This document shows positions 6,774 through 11,604 of a DNA stretch of 11,604 nt, one piece after another. The translations under genes and the position numbers were made by a program. Within the stretch, counting starts at the first letter, position 1; every line of letters starts with the position of its first letter. The notes under the pieces were generated by a model. It was not told the origin of the DNA and made no database searches. It saw nothing but the letters and a program-made list of their open reading frames with translations. The stretch is from an uncultured Spirochaetota bacterium (GTDB lineage: Bacteria > Spirochaetota > Spirochaetia > SZUA-6 > Fen-1364), in the NCBI GenBank assembly GCA_963745235.1, contig CAVUXE010000072.1, positions 1 to 11,604 of the forward strand. The letters run 5' to 3'.

Positions 6774-7534
6774 GGGAAGAAGGCATGGCGGAGAGTGAGA
6801 CTATTCTTCGCGTGGAGAACATTTCCAAGAACTTCGGCGGGATCCAAGCTGTCCAGGGCGTTAGCTTCGACGTGCACAAGGCAGAAGTTGTGGGGTTGCT
6901 TGGCGACAACGGAGCCGGCAAATCGACGATAGTGAAGATGATTTCTGGTGTTTCGCGGCCGACACAAGGCTCCATTTACTTCATGGGGGAGCGTGTGGAT
7001 TCAGCCTCGCCCTGGGAGATTCGTGAGCGGGGGATCGAAACCATTTACCAGGATCTGGCGCTTGCCGACAACTTGGAGATCACGGCAAATATGTTTTTGG
7101 GGCGCGAGCACCTAAGGCGTGTTTTTGGTTTGTCTTTTCTGGATGAAAAAAAGATGCGGGGGCAGGCGGAGGAGATACTAAAGAAGCTCAAGATCGACTT
7201 ATCGCGTCCGCGGGCCCGCGTCCGTGATCTCTCTGGAGGGCAGCGGCAATCGGTCGCCATCGGACGCGCGATTTTTTGGAAAGCGAAGCTCGTCATTCTC
7301 GATGAACCGACCGCGGCCCTGGGAGTCCGTGAACGGGCCAATGTGTTGGAGCTGATAAAATCTCTCAAGAAGGAAGAGGTCTCCGTCATCCTCATCAGCC
7401 ATAACCTGACCGATGTGTTCGAGGTGACTGACAGACTTGTCGTTCTGCGTCGTGGTGAGAAAATTCGCGAACTTCGGACCAAGGAGACCACAGAGCACCA
7501 AGTGGTGCATCTTATGATTGGTTCGGAGAGCTGA
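6770..7534 (+). CDS. Sugar ABC transporter ATP-binding protein (single nucleotide-binding domain)
   Basis: Walker A GDNGAGKS, Q-loop IYQDL, signature LSGGQRQ, Walker B ILDEPT and H-loop ISHN. ATGA overlap with the permease stop; alternative start ATG 6785. Confidence 0.96.
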   Translation: MREEGMAESETILRVENISKNFGGIQAVQGVSFDVHKAEVVGLLGDNGAGKSTIVKMISGVSRPTQGSIYFMGERVDSASPWEIRERGIETIYQDLALADNLEITANMFLGREHLRRVFGLSFLDEKKMRGQAEEILKKLKIDLSRPRARVRDLSGGQRQSVAIGRAIFWKAKLVILDEPTAALGVRERANVLELIKSLKKEEVSVILISHNLTDVFEVTDRLVVLRRGEKIRELRTKETTEHQVVHLMIGSES

Positions 7535-7975
7535 GAGGGGAGTCCATTTCATTCGTGACATTTCTTGACCGAAGGCATAGAACTGATGAAGAGCGGGGTC
7601 GATTGAATCGAAGACAGCTTTTGGCGGCGAATGGACGACCGCAAGGCGCATGATCTGCCGGGCTGCCTCAGGGATAAGCTCCTCGAGCTCCGGCAGATTT
7701 TTTGCGATCTTTGCGATCCGGGCGGCGATCGGTGCACGCAACGAATACCTGAAGTGGACCAACCGGAAGATATAGGGAGGGTTGACGGAGAGTTCCAAAA
7801 TTGGTGCTCAAAATGGCCTATTTATGGAACCTCAGAACCTCAGAAGTTGGCAAGCCAAAACGGCCAGCGGCGGCCCGCTTCTAAACTAATAGCAAGAGTT
7901 CCTTTCTTTAGGAGGACCTGGAAATGACTTCATAATCGTTCTCCTTGCCGTGTTGTACGCCCGCCCGTCAACTAA

Positions 7976-8682
7976 GAGCGCGTCCCTAAAGCCATACGCG
8001 TGTCATCCTGAAGCAAATAATCGCGTTTGCGAACTGGACAAGTGCTTCATAGTTGATCGCTTTGCGGCAGTAACGAATTTTTAGTTCACGAAATAGATTC
8101 ACCCAACGACCCGTTCGTTCAACAACCCAGCGGCGGGAAGGATGCTTTGTCCGATTGGTTTCGATCCCCAGTCCTCTGTTTGCTGCCCAGCTTCCCTCGA
8201 TCAGTTGGGTTTTTCCCTATTTTTTTCCCCTTTTTCGGGAGCCGACACCGTATGGCTGTCCAGAATCTGCCCACCGCCAAGCGATCCCTCTCAGCTCGTC
8301 ATACTCGCGCAGGCAGTGTTCCCACATTTTTCTGAACACCCCTTGAACAGCCCATTTCTGGAAATAGCGGTGAGTCGTGCTGCCCGAGTAGTATTCCCGG
8401 GGAAGCATTTTCCACTGACAGCCCGTGCGCAGAAGGTAGAAGATCCCATTAAGGACTTTTCGCGCATCTGCTGGCGGCCTTCCCCCCGGCCCCCTCTTCG
8501 GTTTTTGCTTCGGAATGAATTCTTTGACCTCTTCCCAAAACTCATCACGAATGTCTCTCCAGCCTGGTCGCCGCGGAAGCGGCTGACGGTTCTCCTTCCT
8601 TCGCACAGTGGTTCCCCTCCCACGAAGGGAACGTTAGCGAGAAATCTCCAAAAGTTCTAGATATTAGTTTTGGGACGCACTC
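7976..8682 (-). mobile_element. IS5-family insertion sequence (IS427/IS1031-like), 707 bp, internally deleted and non-autonomous
   Basis: Terminal inverted repeats GAGCGCGTCCCTAAA (7976-7990) and TTTTGGGACGCACTC (8668-8682) match at 13/15. Flanking 3-bp direct repeats TAA (7973-7975, 8683-8685). Encloses transposase remnants. Confidence 0.9.
7986..8606 (-). pseudogene. IS5-family transposase, frameshifted with a central deletion
   Basis: OrfA: WEEVKEFIP..GGRPPADARKVLNGIFYLLRTGCQWKMLP..STTHRYFQKW, ending RGKK* at an A7 run (8220-8226). The QILDSHTVSAP motif is out of frame. OrfB GKNPTDRGKLGSK is joined near 8178 to the C-terminal RRWVVERTGRWVNLFRELKIRY...FRMTRVWL*, with the stop inside the IR (7986-7988). 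Confidence 0.88.
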
Positions 8683-8720
8683 TAAGCGGGAGAAGGACGT
8701 TAGAGGGAAAACTTCATAAT

Positions 8721-10442
8721 CAGGCTGTCGAAAAACCCTGGTCTTCCAGAATAATCATTGTTTGGCGCTACGGCAGGATGTAGAATGAGGAGTCGAATCC
8801 GCCATTGGTGAGGCACGGGAGGGACTTCATGCCGGCATTCCTCATTCCGAATCGATCCCAGATGCTGCTGCTCACACAGGTTGACCTTTCGACTGTCGCT
8901 CTTGAGGGGAGCGCGGTGCGTATCATAGACGACCTGGTGGATTCTTTGGACACCCGTGCAATCGAAGAATCCTATGAGGTGGGTAGTGACAATGGACGAC
9001 CACCTTTTCATCCGAAAACTCTTCTGAAAGTCGCTCTGCTGGCGATTCATAGCTGCCGGTTCTCGCTGCGAAAGATTGAAGAAGACACAATCAACAACCT
9101 GGCCTATAAGTGGTTGACCGGCGATATGACAATCGATCATTCAACGATGGGACTTTTTCTGGCACGATTTGTCGAGGAAATCGTGGAGTTGTTCAGCCAA
9201 GTTGTTGCCAGTTGTGCAGAACAGAATCTGATCGAATTCGACCTTCTGGCCATAGACACCGTGAAGCTGCGGGCCAGTGCCAACTACAAGCAGAGCAAAA
9301 CCCTCGAGGGGATCACGAAAGAAGAAAACAAGATTGCAGAGCGTCTGAAGGAAGTGCTGGAGACCGCCTCGGATGCGAAGAGCGCCGAGGTGGAGGAAGT
9401 GCTGGCGTTGAAACGGCGTGCGCAAAGGGTACAGGAAGCCAGGAAGGTTCTCCTGCAACGATTGGCAGAGAAGAGCCGCGAGGCGGGAGAGAAAAAAAAG
9501 CAAGCGCTTCTCGAAAAGGAGAAGGTCAACATCACCGACCCGGACGCACATATCATGCAACAGGCGAATGGGGAGAAGAACCCAGCGTTTTCGATTACCA
9601 CGACGACGGATGTGGGCCACGATATTGTTACACACTTCCAAGTGAACGCGCAGAACGATGATGTGGCAGCGTTGCCTGAGGCGATTGAGGGCAGCCGTCA
9701 GAACACCGGTGAGAAGCACCGTGAGGTAGAAGCGGACTCCGGATTTGCCAGCATGGAGAACTACGAGAAGCTGGAATTGGATGGGCAGGAGGCACTGATC
9801 CCCGATCTGCACATGGAAGTAGAGGAAAGGGGAACGATGGCGAGAGGGGAGTATGATCGCTCGAAGTTCAGTTTTCGAGCGAAGAGCGACAGCTATCGTT
9901 GTCCGAGCGGATGGATATTAAGAAATACAGGTTCTGTTGAAGTTCACGGCCGGCTTCGTGACCGCTACGAGAATCCGAGTGCCTGCGCTAGATGTGCCGT
10001 TCGCAGCAAATGCGCGAAGGGGACGCACCGGCGGGTGTTCCGGGATCGCAATGAAGAAGTGCGAGACCGGATGCGGACGAAGCTTGAAAAGAAAAGGTCA
10101 CACGGCAGGTACAACAAACGTGCGCACGCTGCAGAGTCGCCGTTCGGCAATATCAAATGGAACCTGAAGTTTCGCGCGGTGATGCGCAGGGGCATAGGAA
10201 AGGTGCGCATGGAGGCGGCGCTGTTGTTCATGCTGCACAACTTCATGAAAATGGCGGCAGCGCCTGCCTAGTTCCGAGAGGGATCGCGGATAGCCGCCTT
10301 TAGGGGCCTACGAAAGGCTGGGATGGAGCACAGCTATGAAAAATCACAGGCGGACTCCGTACCGCCGTCGAATACTCATTACAAGCCTGCGATCACGATA
10401 CATCCCCAGGTCCGTGCGCATATCGGTTTTTTCGACAGCCTG
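8721..10442 (+). mobile_element. IS1182-family insertion sequence, 1722 bp, apparently intact
   Basis: IRL CAGGCTGTCGAAAAACCC (8721-8738) and IRR GGTTTTTTCGACAGCCTG (10425-10442) match at 17/18. 3-bp direct repeat AAT (8718-8720, 10443-10445). Single transposase ORF. Confidence 0.93.
8829..10271 (+). CDS. IS1182-family DDE transposase
   Basis: DUF772-like N-terminus (GRPPFHPKTLLK..SLRKIE..YKWL..IDHST). D1 AIDTVKLRASAN, TDPDA, D2 ADSGF, Cys cluster (YRCPSG..CARCAVRSKC) and E in AESPFGNIK. SD GGAGGGA precedes ATG 8829. Confidence 0.95.
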   Translation: MPAFLIPNRSQMLLLTQVDLSTVALEGSAVRIIDDLVDSLDTRAIEESYEVGSDNGRPPFHPKTLLKVALLAIHSCRFSLRKIEEDTINNLAYKWLTGDMTIDHSTMGLFLARFVEEIVELFSQVVASCAEQNLIEFDLLAIDTVKLRASANYKQSKTLEGITKEENKIAERLKEVLETASDAKSAEVEEVLALKRRAQRVQEARKVLLQRLAEKSREAGEKKKQALLEKEKVNITDPDAHIMQQANGEKNPAFSITTTTDVGHDIVTHFQVNAQNDDVAALPEAIEGSRQNTGEKHREVEADSGFASMENYEKLELDGQEALIPDLHMEVEERGTMARGEYDRSKFSFRAKSDSYRCPSGWILRNTGSVEVHGRLRDRYENPSACARCAVRSKCAKGTHRRVFRDRNEEVRDRMRTKLEKKRSHGRYNKRAHAAESPFGNIKWNLKFRAVMRRGIGKVRMEAALLFMLHNFMKMAAAPA

Positions 10443-10517
10443 AATATGAATGTTATGGCCAAAGTACTTATCGCTCCTGACAGGCGGAATGAAAGGGCCG
10501 ATAGGAGAGACTAGTAA

Positions 10518-10793
10518 ATGCTCTATCGAAGAATAGCCTGGAAGAACATTAGATTACTAAAAAGCACCGATAGAACCTACGCGATGATCTGTTCGAGGCA
10601 CTTCAAAAACGACAAGCAAACGGTCGCCAAGCAACACAGAAACATCACGAAGCATGCAAACCAGATCGCATATTCGATCCGCCAGGCAGAAGAGTATTTT
10701 GAGTCCGCTTCGGTCGTAAGTCTTGCTACCGAGCCGCTCTTGCATTCGGCTGGGCAACCACGCTACTTTCAATTTGTTCTCGCGTCTTCCTAG
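10518..10793 (+). pseudogene. N-terminal fragment of a YaaC-like family protein, truncated near 10742
   Basis: SD AGGAGA at 10503-10508. IAYSIRQAEEYFESASVVSLATEPLL matches, from recall, the YaaC-like 'QAxEYFxxAxxxSLxTxPLLxYYG' motif. The expected YYG and the remainder of the protein are missing; only about 91 aa are present. Confidence 0.65.
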
Positions 10794-10821
10794 TCTTGCT
10801 TTCCATATCATTCCCTCTTCA

Positions 10822-11604
10822 TCAACGCCTGGTCAAACGGGCCGAGGCGCTTATTGCCAACACTAGCAAAGCCATAAGAGCCAACCCGAACGCAAGATTG
10901 GAGAGCTTGGCAACGCCACCGATGATTGCCGGTCCCAGGAGAATCCCTGTGTAGGCAATCGTGCTGACGACAGATACCGCTTGGTTAACCGGCATCACAC
11001 TTTGCTTCCCTATGAGGGAAAAGAGGACGGGGACGATATTAGACATCCCCAGACCGATCACTCCGAATCCGACGAAGGTCATCCACCAGAAGGGGGCGGT
11101 GATAACTACGCCGAATCCTAAGGCGCCTATCAATCCGCCGAACAGTAGGACGCGGAAGCCGCCCAGCGTACGTACAATTGCATCTCCTGCGAGGCGGCAG
11201 AACAACATAATGACAGAGAAGGCTATGTAGCCCATCCCGGCCAAGGATATGGCCACGTTTTTGTTCGACGACAAGAAGACTGCCCCCCAATCCAGTACGG
11301 ATCCTTCGGCCATGAACGCGATAAAGCAAAGCACCCCGACCCCGAGGACCATTCCATGAGGGAACTTCATTCTTTCTTTCTTCGGCGAAGGGCTACCATA
11401 TGGTAACAGTCCCCTCGAAGACATGAAGTGAAGAAGTACGACAGCTATGACTGGGACCAAGACGGCAGCCCAAGGGACAAAGCCGAGTGCGAACAAACCC
11501 AGCAACAAACCCGATCCCGCGAACCCGCCGATGCTCCAGCCTGCATGGAAACCTGACATCAAGGGTCGGCCACTCGCCTTCTCGACGATTACGGCCTGGA
11601 TATT
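10822..11604 (-). CDS. MFS transporter, YbjJ-like (partial; 5' end beyond the window)
   Basis: Open from the window edge: NIQAVIVEKASGRPLMSGFHAGWSIGG, then FMAEGSVLDWGAVFL, RLAGDAIVRTLG, GLGMSNIVPVLFS and YTGILLGPAIIG. Multiple TM helices. Stop TGA at 10822-10824. Confidence 0.93.
   Translation of the reverse strand, partial: NIQAVIVEKASGRPLMSGFHAGWSIGGFAGSGLLLGLFALGFVPWAAVLVPVIAVVLLHFMSSRGLLPYGSPSPKKERMKFPHGMVLGVGVLCFIAFMAEGSVLDWGAVFLSSNKNVAISLAGMGYIAFSVIMLFCRLAGDAIVRTLGGFRVLLFGGLIGALGFGVVITAPFWWMTFVGFGVIGLGMSNIVPVLFSLIGKQSVMPVNQAVSVVSTIAYTGILLGPAIIGGVAKLSNLAFGLALMALLVLAISASARLTRR

Noticed and set aside
621-7810. TTGGTGCTCA direct repeat at 621-630 and 7801-7810, flanking the operon as possible att sites
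   Set aside because: A single 10-bp match is plausible by chance, and no integrase or tRNA is nearby.
7631-7927. 98-aa ORF with CDLC, and the 7199-7798 minus ORF with a faint resemblance to a type IIG R-M C-terminus (IDPALHQFY)
   Set aside because: No convincing family motif. The minus ORF overlaps the ATPase by over 300 bp. Kept only as part of the unidentified remnant.
10272-10424. Hairpins (10286-10297, 10296-10318, 10349-10366) and the 63-aa ORF at 10323-10514 in the IS1182 3' region
   Set aside because: Short stems in the non-coding end of the IS. The ORF crosses the IS boundary, so it is unlikely to be a gene.

Overview
Bacterial window, probably from a spirochaete (inferred from the 'AGGxKE' motif after the binding-protein signal peptide). 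Its core is an intact, apparently catabolic operon. A divergent LacI-family repressor (848-1912, -) faces five co-oriented genes: a HemL-like class III PLP aminotransferase, an M24 (pita-bread fold) hydrolase, and a CUT2 sugar ABC importer (binding protein, permease, single-domain ATPase; 2090-7534, +). The combination suggests an uncharacterised route for importing, hydrolysing and transaminating an amino-sugar or aminocyclitol conjugate; the substrate is inferred, not shown. The operon sits among decaying accessory DNA. On the left are a frameshifted HEPN (RX4HXY) toxin gene and a hairpin-rich intergenic region. On the right are an unidentified remnant, an internally deleted IS5-family element (TAA duplication), an intact IS1182-family element inserted into a palindrome (AAT duplication), and a truncated YaaC-like gene. 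A YbjJ-like MFS transporter runs off the right edge. No rRNA, tRNA or CRISPR array was seen.
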